This document shows positions 41,933 to 51,838 of a stretch of DNA of 64,000 nt, one piece after another; the first letter of the stretch is position 1, and every line of letters starts with the position of its first letter. Position numbers and translations under genes: made by a program. The DNA is from an uncultured Gemmatimonadales bacterium (GTDB lineage Bacteria; Gemmatimonadota; Gemmatimonadetes; Palauibacterales; Palauibacteraceae): contig CAWANJ010000002.1 in the NCBI GenBank assembly GCA_963783385.1, positions 64,001 through 128,000 of the forward strand, given 5' to 3'. A model generated the notes under the pieces. That model was not told the DNA's origin. It saw only the letters and a list, made by a program, of their open reading frames with translations, and did no database searches.

Positions 41933-43219
41933 CTACACCGCCTCGAGCGCCTGCTCGAGATCGGCGATGAGGTCCTGCGGCGCCTCGATGCCGACCGACA
42001 GCCGCACGAGCCCCGGAGTGATGCCCATGCGCTCGCGCTCGACCGGCTCGATGTCCGAGTGCGTCATGGTCCCCGGGTGCTCGGCCAGGCTTTCCGTGCC
42101 CCCGAGGCTCACCGCGAGCTTGACCAGCTCGAGCCGGTCGAGGAAGCGGAACGCCTCCTCCTCCCCGCCGTCGATCTCGAATGAGAAGGTGCTCCCCGGG
42201 GCCACGCACTGCCGCTCGTAGATCTCCCGCTGCGGGCCGTGCTCGGGGAGGAAGCCCAGGTAGTGCACGTTCCGGATGCGCGGGTGGTCCCGGAGGAACT
42301 CGGCCACGTAGCGGGCGTTCTTCATCTGGCTCGTCATGCGCAGCTTCACCGTCTCGAGGCTTCGCATGAGGAGCCAGCCGGTGTGCGGGTCGCACATGGT
42401 GCCGAGGATGGTCCGCATGCCGCGCACGGGCGACACGTGCTCCTCCGCACCCACGCAGGCCCCGGCGATGACGTCCGAATGTCCGCCCACGTACTTGGTC
42501 AGGGAGTAGAGGACCAGGTCGGCTCCGTGCCGGAGCGGCTGCTGCCACAGGGGTCCCAGGAAGGTGTTGTCCACGGCGACCAGCGGTCGTCCCCCCTCCT
42601 GGCCCGAGAGCGCCCGCGCCGCCTCGGAGCAGGCCTCGATGTCCACCAGGGCGTTGGTCGGGTTGGCCGGCGTCTCCAGGTAGACGAGCCCGACCCGGCC
42701 CGACGCGGCGGCCTCGCGGATCGTGCGCGTGGACGCCTCGCGATCGGCGGCCCGGAAGCCCTCGTGCCGAATCCCGAACTGGGGCAGGATCCGGTTCAGG
42801 AGGAAGTCCGTGCCACCGTATACGGGCTCGCTGTGCACGACTATGTCTCCCGGCCTCAGGAAGGTGAGGAGGGCGGTGGAGATGGCCGCCATGCCGCTCG
42901 AGAACACGAGGCCGGAGTCGGCCCCGTCCCACAGCGTGAGGCGGTCCTCGAGGATCTCGAGGTCGGGGTTGTTGATCCGCGAGTAGATGAGGCCCGGCTC
43001 CTCGGCCGGCGCGCGCTCCCTGAGGCCGTAGGCCAGTTCGAAGAACGCCTTGCCGTCCTCGGCGCTCTCGAACACGAAGGTCGAAGTCAGGAACAGCGGG
43101 CACTTCACGGCCCCCTCGGACAGGGACGGGTCGTACCCGTAGCTCATCATGAGCGACTCGGGACGTAGAGCCCGGTCGCCGATCATCCTCTGGTGGCGGA
43201 GCTTTCCCGGTTTGGTCAT
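41933..43219 (-). CDS. Cystathionine gamma-synthase / methionine gamma-lyase family PLP enzyme
   Basis: YSRINNP, SSGMAAI, LETPANPT, VDNTF, SLTKYVGGHSD (PLP Lys), AVSLGGTESL, RLSVGIE. Confidence 0.93.
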   Translation of the reverse strand: MTKPGKLRHQRMIGDRALRPESLMMSYGYDPSLSEGAVKCPLFLTSTFVFESAEDGKAFFELAYGLRERAPAEEPGLIYSRINNPDLEILEDRLTLWDGADSGLVFSSGMAAISTALLTFLRPGDIVVHSEPVYGGTDFLLNRILPQFGIRHEGFRAADREASTRTIREAAASGRVGLVYLETPANPTNALVDIEACSEAARALSGQEGGRPLVAVDNTFLGPLWQQPLRHGADLVLYSLTKYVGGHSDVIAGACVGAEEHVSPVRGMRTILGTMCDPHTGWLLMRSLETVKLRMTSQMKNARYVAEFLRDHPRIRNVHYLGFLPEHGPQREIYERQCVAPGSTFSFEIDGGEEEAFRFLDRLELVKLAVSLGGTESLAEHPGTMTHSDIEPVERERMGITPGLVRLSVGIEAPQDLIADLEQALEAV

Positions 43220-43389
43220 GGCGATCCATGCCCTCGTTGAGTGCGTGCGTCCGGATCGGTTCGGGTCGGGAGGCGATCGGTGCGGATGGCCGCCCGGGCG
43301 AAGCTGGGCGCGTCGCAGGGGAGGGGCAAGGCGGAGAGGCGGCGAACCGGCCGCCCGCGGGAGGTCAGGGAGCGAATGGGCCCGTGGGC

Positions 43390-43418
43390 GAGCGCCGGGC
43401 CGCGGGGGGGCGGCGCTC
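43390..43418 (-). terminator. Hairpin just after the small gene stop
   Basis: GAGCGCCG ... CGGCGCTC 8-bp stem. Confidence 0.35.
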
Positions 43419-43419
43419 G

Positions 43420-43569
43420 TCAGGCGCCGTCGGCGTTCTTCTTCTTGGGAAAGGCGACGCCGAGGACGACGCCCGCTACGAGCCCGATCGCCAGGCCCAC
43501 CGTTCCGTGGTGGAGGGCCAGGCCGACCGCCCAGGCGACGCCGGTCGCCAACCCGATCCACGTCGCCAT
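43420..43569 (-). CDS. 49-aa two-TM membrane peptide; absent from ORF track
   Basis: GAGGTG RBS then ATG; MATWIGLATGVAWAVGLALHHGTVGLAIGLVAGVVLGVAFPKKKNADGA. Confidence 0.7.
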   Translation of the reverse strand: MATWIGLATGVAWAVGLALHHGTVGLAIGLVAGVVLGVAFPKKKNADGA

Positions 43570-43736
43570 TCTCACCTCGGTCGGCTCCTGTTGAGGAGCG
43601 GGCCGAAGGGCGGGCGATCGGGCGGACGCGTGGGTCCGCGTCGCGTCGTCGGTGGCGGCGGTGCGAAAGCCGGGCGGAACATCGTCTCTTCTCCCGTTCG
43701 GGGACCGTGGTGTGTCCTTCTCGCTGTCGATCCTCC

Positions 43737-44123
43737 CTACGAGCGAGGCCGGGCCCCGGTTTCGTGGCGCGTCGTCCAGGCCGCTCCCAGCCAGTCCCCC
43801 AGGAGGGCGGCGGGCGCCATGAGGAGGAGGACGGCCAGCTGCGCCACGGTCGAGGCATCATCGGGGCGCTCCATGATGGACACCACGGCGCCGGCCGCGA
43901 TCACCAGGGCAAGGGAGAGGGCCGCGATCCGGTGCCGATCGCGTGCGATCCGACCCGCCAGCAGCCCCGCCACGACCGCGAACGTGATCCCGTACAGGAC
44001 CCGGCCGAGCAGGAAGGAGAGGGTCGCGGCCGCGTGCGGGTCGCGGCCGGTGAGGAGGAACAGGACCAGCGTCGAGAACGCGAACACGACGTAGCCCGCC
44101 ACGACGCCCAGCGCGATGCGCAC
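43737..44123 (-). CDS. Four-TM membrane protein
   Basis: VRIALGVVAGYVVF..GRDPHAAA..; four hydrophobic helices; host-like codon usage. Confidence 0.75.
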   Translation of the reverse strand: MRIALGVVAGYVVFAFSTLVLFLLTGRDPHAAATLSFLLGRVLYGITFAVVAGLLAGRIARDRHRIAALSLALVIAAGAVVSIMERPDDASTVAQLAVLLLMAPAALLGDWLGAAWTTRHETGARPRS

Positions 44124-44296
44124 GAGGTCGCTCCCGGTCGGAGGTGAGCTTCCGGCTCCCCCCAACCTACGGCGGGGACAGCGGTCGCCGGAAGGGCCGG
44201 GCTGCCCCATACTGTAGCCGCTCGACCGGCGGCCCCGGTGCGGTCTCGCCGGTCCCGGCGCGACGCTCCTACGTTCCAGGCGACCAGGAGGCAGCG

Positions 44297-45223
44297 GTGC
44301 TCACCGTCCAGGACCTCGTCAAGGTCTACCCCGGCCCCGTGGCGGCGCTGCGGGGCGTCTCTCTGGAGATCGGAGACGGGATGTTCGGCCTCCTGGGTCC
44401 GAACGGCGCCGGCAAGACGACCCTGATGAAGATCGTGGCGGGCGTGCTCGAGGCCACGGCCGGCTCGGTGGACCTGGACGGGCACGACGTGCTGGACCAT
44501 CCGGACTACGTGTGGGAGCGGCTCGGCTACCTGCCGCAGGAGTTCGGGTTCTACCCGCACCTGTCCGGCCGGGAGATGCTCGAGCACCTGCTTCGCCTCA
44601 AGGGGGTCGTCGCCCCGGAGGGCATGCGCTCCCTGTGCGACGCTCTCCTCGAGGAGGTCAACCTGCTCGAGGAGGGGAGCCGAAAGGTGAAGAGCTACTC
44701 GGGCGGAATGCGACAGAGGCTGGGCATCGCCCAGGCGCTGGCGGGCGACCCCCGGCTCATCATCGTCGACGAGCCGACCGCCGGCCTCGACCCCGAGGAG
44801 AGGAACCGCTTCTACCGTCTCCTGGCGCGGCTGGCCGAGAACCGGATCGTGCTGCTCTCGACCCACATCGTCGAGGACGTCTCCGTGCTGTGCCCCCGCT
44901 TCGCCATCATCCACCAGGGGCGCCTGGTGGAGGAGACGACACCGGCGGAGGCCCGGGCGGCCGTGGCCGGCCTGGTGTTCGAGGGACGGGTCGAGCCGGA
45001 ACGGGTCGACGCCCTGGAGCGAGGCGGCCAGGTGGTGCGCTCCGTCGTGTCCGAGGGTCGCCACCACGTTCGGCTGTACGTTCCGAACGGCCGTCCCCCC
45101 GAGGGCTTCGAGTCCGCCGAGCCCACCCTGGAGGACGCCTACCTGGTGACGATCCGGCGCGCCTCGGGTCGCCTCGCGGTGGAGGATCCGGAGGGCGTCG
45201 GGGTTCCGGTCACCCCGGCATGA
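44297..45223 (+). CDS. ABC transporter ATP-binding protein
   Basis: AGGAGG RBS; GPNGAGKTT, YSGGMRQR, IIVDEPT, STH. Confidence 0.95.
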   Translation: MLTVQDLVKVYPGPVAALRGVSLEIGDGMFGLLGPNGAGKTTLMKIVAGVLEATAGSVDLDGHDVLDHPDYVWERLGYLPQEFGFYPHLSGREMLEHLLRLKGVVAPEGMRSLCDALLEEVNLLEEGSRKVKSYSGGMRQRLGIAQALAGDPRLIIVDEPTAGLDPEERNRFYRLLARLAENRIVLLSTHIVEDVSVLCPRFAIIHQGRLVEETTPAEARAAVAGLVFEGRVEPERVDALERGGQVVRSVVSEGRHHVRLYVPNGRPPEGFESAEPTLEDAYLVTIRRASGRLAVEDPEGVGVPVTPA

Positions 45224-48200
45224 GCCTCTCCCGACTCGGACGCACCTTCCGGCTCGACCTGGGGCGGCACCTGCGGCGGCCCCTGTTCTGGATCTGGCTG
45301 CTGGTTCTTCTCCTGCTCGCGTGGGGCATGTCGACCGGCTCGGTCCGCATCCAGACAGGCGACACGCAGGTGGGCGGAACCCGGGCGTGGATCACCTCCG
45401 AGTTCGCGCTCGCCCAGATCCTCTCCGCCACGATCTTCACGTTCTACGTGTTCTTCGTGGCCGCCCTGGCCGGGACCACCGTGGTGCAGGACGAGGACGA
45501 GTGGAGGGTGGGGCCGCTTCTCCACGCGACGCCGCTCACCGCGGGCGAGTACATCGGCGGGAAGGCCCTGGCCGTGCTCGCCACGATCCTGGTGGTCCTG
45601 GTGGCGCACCTGGGGTTCATGGCCCTCTTCAACCACCTGGTGCCGACGGTCGGCCACGCCGACATCCACGGGCCGTTCTCGGCGCTCAACTACCTGATCC
45701 CGGCCGCGGTGTTCGGGCTGCCGTCGCTGGTCGGGGTCGCCGGGGTGAGCTTCTGGATCGGAACCCGCACCCGCCGGCCGGTCCTGGTCTACCTGTTTCC
45801 GTTGGTGCTCGTGGCCGCGATCGTCTTCCTGTGGGAGTGGACGCCCACCTGGCTCGATCCGCGGGTCGATCGACTGCTGATGTGGGTGGATCCGAGCGGG
45901 TTCCGCTGGCTCAACCAGACGTGGCTCAGGGTCGACCGCGGAGTCGAGTTCTACAACACGGGCTCGATCACCTTCTCCGCCGGCTTCCTGGTCAGCCGGG
46001 CCGCGTGGGCGGGTCTCGGGGTGGCGGCTCTGTGGTGGACGGAGCGGAGCTTCGCACGGTCCCTGCGCGGGCCGGACGCCGGCCCGTCCGCCGTCGCGGC
46101 CGCCCTGGCCGGCGACGCCAGGTCTCCCGGCCGGGCCCCCTCGCCGGAGGCATCGTGGCGCGGCGCCGCCCCGTGGGCGGCCGACCGACTCGGGGGTCAC
46201 GGAGGGAAGCCGTGGGTGGGCCTGGCAACGCTGCGGGTGGCGCGGTCCGAGATCCGGGAGCTGTTCGCCTCCCCGGCCCTGTACGTGTTCTCGTTCCTCG
46301 TCCTGAGCCAGGTGCTCGGAAACGCGCTCGTCGGCGTGGGGCCGTTCGGAACCCGTGTGCTGGCCACGCCGGGCGAGGTGGCGGTTCGCGGGAGCGACAC
46401 GCTGGCCCTCCTCGTCTGCCTCCTCCTCGTGTTCTACACCGTCGACGTGCTCGAGCGGGACCGCTCCAGCGGGCTCCTGTCGCTGTCTCGCGCCCTGCCG
46501 GTGGGCGAGGGCGTCAGGGTGGTCGGCAAGGCGCTGGCCGTGCTGGCCCTGCCGGTCGTGGTGCTGGTGGCCGCCGTGCTGGGCGGGGCGGTCGCGATCC
46601 TCGTGCAACACACGGTCCCCGTTCGGATCGGTCCGTTCGCGTGGGTGTGGGGCGTGGGACTCATGCCCACCTTCCTGGTGTGGGTCGCCTTCCTGGCTGC
46701 CGTGCACGGCCTCACGGACAGCCGCGGGGCCACGTGGGCTGTGGGTCTCGGCGTGATCGGCCTCACGCTGTACCGCCAGGTGGCCGGCCACGGCACGTGG
46801 CTCACCAACTGGATGCTGTGGAGCTCCATGAACTGGACCGACATGGGGCTCTTCCCCCTGAACCGTACCCCCTTCCTCCTCAACCGGCTGTTCTACGTGG
46901 CGCTCGCCGTGCTCCTGCTGGCGCTGGCGGCGGCGTGGGGGCGGCGTCGGGAGCCCGATGCGGTGGCCTGGTGGCGGCGGCTGGAGCCGGGCCGCCTGTC
47001 CCTCGGAGTCCTGCGCCTCTCGCCCCTGGCCGTCGGACCGGTGGCGGTGGGGCTGGCCCTGTGGCTGGGCGTCCAGCACGGCTTCCAGGGAGCGAAGGCC
47101 GAGAAGCAGGCGGCGGACTACTGGAAGAAGAACGTGGCCACCTACTGGCACGTGGCCACGCCGCCGGTCGCTCACGTGGACCTCGACCTGCGCCTGTGGC
47201 CGGGCCGCGGGCGCCTGCGGAGTGCCGGCACGCTGGTCCTGGTGAACCGCCAGGACACCACCCTCCGCCGCGTGCCGCTGACCGGCGGCTTCTTCTGGGA
47301 GCACCCGACCTGGACCGTGGACGGGGACTCCGTCCAGCCGGAGGATCGGGCCGGCCTGTACGTGTTCTACCCCGACTCCGGCCTCGCGCCGGGCGATACC
47401 CTGCGGGTGGGCTGGCGCTACTCCGGTCGGTACCCGGACGGATGGACCAAGGACGGCGGCGGCACGGGCACCTTCGTGCTCCCGGCGGGCGTGGTCCTGA
47501 CCTCGTTCGGCCCGATGCTGACGCCGATCCCCGGTTACGTGCCCGGCATCGGGAGCTCCAGGGAGCGGGCGTACGAGGCTCGCGACTGGCCCGATCGGTT
47601 CTGGGAGGGGCGGAACCCTCCGGCCTTCGGCGCCTCCACGCCCTTCTCGGCCCGCATACGCATCCAGGGTCCGCCGTCCTTCACCTACAACTCGGTGGGG
47701 CGCCGGGTGGCCGACAGCGTCACGGACAGTCTGCGCACGGTCGTGTGGGAGACGGACCACCCGGTCCGCTTCTTCAACGTCGTCGCGGGCCGCTGGGCCG
47801 TTCGAGAGGGCGACGGTACGGAGGTGTTCTACCACCCGGCGCACACGTACGATCTCGATGAGATCGCCTCGGCCCTCCAGGCGGCGCGGCGCGACTACTC
47901 CCGCTGGTTCGCGCCCTATCCGTGGGAGGAGCTCAAGTTGAGCGAGTTCCCGGACCTGGCCACCTACGCGCAGGGCTTCCCCACCGACATCACCTTCTCG
48001 GAGGGCATCGGCTTCCTGGCCAGGAAGGGAGACTGGGAGCTGGCGCCGTACATGGTCACTGCGCACGAGTCCGCCCACCAGTGGTGGGGCAACATGGTGA
48101 CGCCGGGCGAGGGTCCGGGCGGCAACGTGCTGTCCGAAGGGCTGGCGCACTTCTCGACGGCCATGCTGCTCCAGGCCGAGAAGGGAGACACGATCCGCCG

Positions 48201-48919
48201 AGAGTTCATGCGCCGCATCGAGTCCGACTACGCGGACTCGCGGCGGCCCGACCAGGAGCGGCCCCTCGTGTGGACGGACGGTTCGCGCTCGGGAGACCGC
48301 GCGGTCACCTACGACAAGGGCGGCTGGGCCTTCTGGATGCTCATGGAGCACATGGGTCGGGAGCGCATGCTGGAGGGGCTGCGCGACTACGTGGCACGCT
48401 ATCGCGACGGGCCCGACTATCCCCTCCTGCCCGACTTCCTGCTCGTGATGCGGAGCCACGCGCGCGACGTGGACTCGTTCAACGCCTTCGTGCAGCGCTG
48501 GTTCTGGGAGGTGAAGGTCCCCGAGTACCGGGTGAGCCGGGCGGAAGCGCGGCCGGACGGGCAGGGAGGCTGGGAGACGCGGGTCAGCCTCCACAACGAC
48601 GGGACCGGGGAGCCTCCGGTGGAGCTGGCGGTCGTGGCCGGAAAGCGGGACTCCCTGGCGTCGGAGGGGGCGGACGAGCCCGGCCGGGTCAGGGCCGGAC
48701 TCGGCCGGGCCGGAGCCGAGCGAGGGCGATTCGGTGGCGGCGGACTCCGCGGCCGCCTCGGTCACGGTGCGGGTGCCCGCCGGGGGCGACACCACGGTCG
48801 TCGTGCCGTCCGCCTTCCGGCCGGAACGCGCGGTCGTCGACCCCGACGTCCGACTCCTGATGCTCGGCCGGAAGTCGGCGTGGCGGAAAGTGTCGGTGCG
48901 CGAAGACTCGTCGGGCTGA
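45220..48919 (+). CDS. ABC-2 permease / M1 aminopeptidase fusion, probable frameshift near 48700
   Basis: Two multi-TM halves, then YAQGFP and HESAHQWWG-X-LSEGLA (HEXXH..E), YDKG; tail in ORF 48734..48919 (PERAVVDPDVRLL); ATGA overlap. Confidence 0.9.
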
Positions 48920-48970
48920 CGGGGGCGAGCGGGCTGGACGCGCACCGCGGCGCGCCAGACGGGACCCCGG

Positions 48971-49873
48971 TCAGGAGGTGGGCGGCCCGGCGCTCTCTTC
49001 GCTCCGGCCCAGGGCCTCGACCACCTCACGGTCCAGGTGCAGGTCGAGCTGTGGGAAGGCAATCGTGATGCCGGCGGCCTTCAGCGCCTTCCACGTGGCC
49101 TGCTGGAGCTCGGAGAGGACGATGCGTGCGTTCCACGGATCGTCGATCCACACCGACGTCTCCCAGTCCACCGATGACGATCCGAAGCCGGTGAGCAGCA
49201 CGAGGGGCTTGCGGGCGGAGTGGCGGCCGGGGAAGCCCTCCGCGACGCCTTCCAGCACCTCCCGGACCTTGACCATGTCCGATCCGTAGCTCACGCCCAC
49301 GGGGGCCCGCACCCGGTAGATCGAGTCCCTCATCGTGAAGTTCTTGACCGTGGAGGCCACCAGGATGGAGTTCGGGACGATCAGCTCCTCGTCGTCCCGG
49401 GTCCGGCCCACGGTCGAGCGGATCATCATCTCCTCGATCCGGATCACCTGGCCGTCGACCTCGAGCACGTCCCCCGGCTGGATGGAGCGCTCGACCAGGA
49501 GGATGACGCCGGAGACGAAGTTCTGCGCGATGTTCTGCATCGCGAAGCCGATGGCCACCGCGAACAGGGCGCCCGCCGCGAACAGGGCCGACACGTTCAG
49601 GCCCACCACGTCCAGGGCGAGGAGGGTGGCCACGAGCATGATCGTGTAATGCGCGAGCCGCTGGCTCACCTGCGCGCCGTGCCGGCGGTGGGCCCCCGTG
49701 CCCCCGACGAGGCGCTGGACCGCCCGGCGGACGAGCAAGGAAAGGATCCACCCCACGGCCAGGACGAGCAGGGCCGAGAGGATCGACCCCAGCGTGACGT
49801 CGGTTCCGGCGAGCCGGAAGAGGGTCGCGTCCATGATGTCTCGGACGGCCTGGAGGAGCTCGCTCCAGTTCAT
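48971..49873 (-). CDS. Mechanosensitive channel MscS family
   Basis: IGFAMQNIAQNFVSGVILL, IQPGDVLEV, IVPNS, VGVSYGSD, IAFPQLDLH. Confidence 0.93.
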   Translation of the reverse strand: MNWSELLQAVRDIMDATLFRLAGTDVTLGSILSALLVLAVGWILSLLVRRAVQRLVGGTGAHRRHGAQVSQRLAHYTIMLVATLLALDVVGLNVSALFAAGALFAVAIGFAMQNIAQNFVSGVILLVERSIQPGDVLEVDGQVIRIEEMMIRSTVGRTRDDEELIVPNSILVASTVKNFTMRDSIYRVRAPVGVSYGSDMVKVREVLEGVAEGFPGRHSARKPLVLLTGFGSSSVDWETSVWIDDPWNARIVLSELQQATWKALKAAGITIAFPQLDLHLDREVVEALGRSEESAGPPTS

Positions 49874-50111
49874 GTCGGCACCCTCGAGGACGTAGACGCG
49901 GCTACCCCGTTCGAGCGCCCGCGCGGGCGGCGTCATCGAACCGACGGGGACACCATGCAGGAGACAGCACCGCCGCGGGGACCGCAAGGTCCGAGGGTGG
50001 CGCACCTCTTGCTCGCGGTAGGCCGGGCCTCCGATCCGGGACGTGCGGACCGTCGGGGGACCCGCGAACTGTCGTGCTCATCGAGCGGATCCGAATTCAT
50101 GGAGGTCCACC

Positions 50112-50951
50112 ATGCAGGTAGGCGCTGGCGATCTGACCGCCGCGGTCGTGCAGACGGTGTCGACCTGGGGGCTGCGCGTGCTGGGCGCGGTGGCGGTGCT
50201 GGTGGTCGGCTGGAGCGCCGCCAAGTGGGCGCGGCGACTGGTGCGCCGGGCGCTGGAGCACACGAGGACGGAGCCGGTGCTGGTCGGGTTCGTCAGTGGT
50301 CTGGTCTACTACGGACTTCTGGCGTTCGTGATGCTCGCCGTGCTGAACCTGTTCGGCATCCAGACCACCGCCTTCGTGGCGGTGCTGGGTGCCGCAGGCT
50401 TCGCGATCGGATTGGCCTTCCAGGGCACGCTGGGGAACTTCTCGGCCGGCGTCATGCTGCTGGTGTTCCGGCCCTTCTCGGCGGGCGACTTCGTGGAGGC
50501 CGGCGGCGTGTCCGGGACCGTGAGGGACATCGGCCTGTTCGCGACCCGCCTGGACACGCCGGACAACGTCCGGATCCTCGTGCCCAACTCCGAGGTGTTC
50601 GGCAACGTGATCCGCAACTTCAACGGCAACGACACCCGTCGACTGGACCTGGAAGTGGGCATCGACTACGAGGACGACATCGGCACCGCGATCGCCGCGT
50701 GCGAGGAGCTCCTCGCCGGGGAGGCTCGGGTCCTTTCCGAGCCGGCGCCCGTGGTGGCGGTGGCGGGGCTGGGGGACTCCTCCGTGAACCTCATGGTGCG
50801 GCCCTGGTGCCGGGTGGAGGACTACTGGCCACTGCGCGCCGACCTGACGAGGGGGCTCAAGGAGGGGCTCGAAGCGGCGGGGTGCAGCCTTCCGTTCCCG
50901 CAGCGCGACGTGCACATGTTCCGGGCCGGCACGGCCGGGGAGGGCGGGTGA
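50112..50951 (+). CDS. mscS: Mechanosensitive channel MscS family
   Basis: GGAGG RBS; LGAAGFAIGLAFQGTLGNFSAG, RPFSAGDFVE, VPNS, PFPQRDVH. Confidence 0.92.
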   Translation: MQVGAGDLTAAVVQTVSTWGLRVLGAVAVLVVGWSAAKWARRLVRRALEHTRTEPVLVGFVSGLVYYGLLAFVMLAVLNLFGIQTTAFVAVLGAAGFAIGLAFQGTLGNFSAGVMLLVFRPFSAGDFVEAGGVSGTVRDIGLFATRLDTPDNVRILVPNSEVFGNVIRNFNGNDTRRLDLEVGIDYEDDIGTAIAACEELLAGEARVLSEPAPVVAVAGLGDSSVNLMVRPWCRVEDYWPLRADLTRGLKEGLEAAGCSLPFPQRDVHMFRAGTAGEGG

Positions 50952-51760
50952 GCCGGGGGGCGGTCCTCGGCGCCGCGGCGCTCGCGGCCGGCCTCGTGCT
51001 GGCGCGCCCCGCGACGATCCGGGCGCAGGACGGTCCCTCGGAGTGGAGGCTGGACGCGTTCGGGGCCGGCCCGGCGGCGGCTCCCACCGACAGCACCGGC
51101 TGGGGCGGCAACGCCGACCTCGGGTTCACGCTCACCGCGGGCAACTCCAGGACCACGAACCTGTCCATCGGCGGCAAGGTGGCCTACCGCCCCAGGCGCC
51201 AGGCCTGGACCCTGAGCGGACAGTACCTGCGGGCCACCACGGACGGCGACCAGACCGCCAACCGGGGCACGGGAGCGCTCCAGTACGACTTCTATCCGAC
51301 ATCGCGCTTCTTCCTGTTCGGGCGCGCGCAGGCGGGCTTCGACAAGCCCGCCGGCCTGTCACGTCGGCTGGCTCCGGCCCTCGGCGTCGGCTACCGGGTC
51401 GTGGCCACCGACAGGGTGAACGTGAGCGTCCAGGGGGGAGGGAGCTGGATCCAGGACCGCTTCGTGAACGACTCGACGGACGCGGCCGTGCACGCCGCGG
51501 TCGGGCAGGACCTCACGTGGTCGGTGAGCGAGACGACGGACTTCACCCAGTCGGTGACCTGGAATCCCAGGGCCTCGGACTTCGGCCAGTACCTGTTGCA
51601 CGGGGAGGCGGGGCTCACCACCCGGATCGTGGGCGGGCTGGGTCTCACCGTGAACTTCCAGGACGACTACAACGCCAATCCGTACGTCGACCCCGACACG
51701 GGGCTTCCGAGGAAGAAGAACGACCTCACCCTGGTGACCGGCGTGAGCTACAAGTTCTGA
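50948..51760 (+). CDS. DUF481 (YdiY-like) outer-membrane protein
   Basis: WGGNADLGFTLTAGNSRT, LGVGY, C-terminal VTGVSYKF; GTGA overlap. Confidence 0.88.
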   Translation: MSRGAVLGAAALAAGLVLARPATIRAQDGPSEWRLDAFGAGPAAAPTDSTGWGGNADLGFTLTAGNSRTTNLSIGGKVAYRPRRQAWTLSGQYLRATTDGDQTANRGTGALQYDFYPTSRFFLFGRAQAGFDKPAGLSRRLAPALGVGYRVVATDRVNVSVQGGGSWIQDRFVNDSTDAAVHAAVGQDLTWSVSETTDFTQSVTWNPRASDFGQYLLHGEAGLTTRIVGGLGLTVNFQDDYNANPYVDPDTGLPRKKNDLTLVTGVSYKF

Positions 51761-51774
51761 GGCGTCGGGGGACT

Positions 51775-51811
51775 CCGGGCGCCTCCCGTCTCCCCTCCGG
51801 AGGTCGCCCGG
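51775..51811. terminator. Hairpin between convergent genes
   Basis: CCGGGCGCCTCC ... GGAGGTCGCCCGG imperfect stem. Confidence 0.4.
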
Positions 51812-51838
51812 CCTCGAGCCTCCCGCGCCGGGTCCGGG

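Noticed and set aside
43220-43419. SAM riboswitch upstream of the Cys/Met PLP enzyme
   Set aside because: No SAM-I or SAM-II core motifs recognisable on the minus strand.
45139-49062. 1307-aa antisense ORF and similar long shadow ORFs (6439..8424 +, 11275..13410 +, 35134..37059 +, 59187..60848 +)
   Set aside because: Antisense mirrors of real high-GC3 genes; no motifs.
48971-50951. Divergent MscS pair as a novel system
   Set aside because: Multiple MscS paralogs are common; nothing unusual in the sequences.
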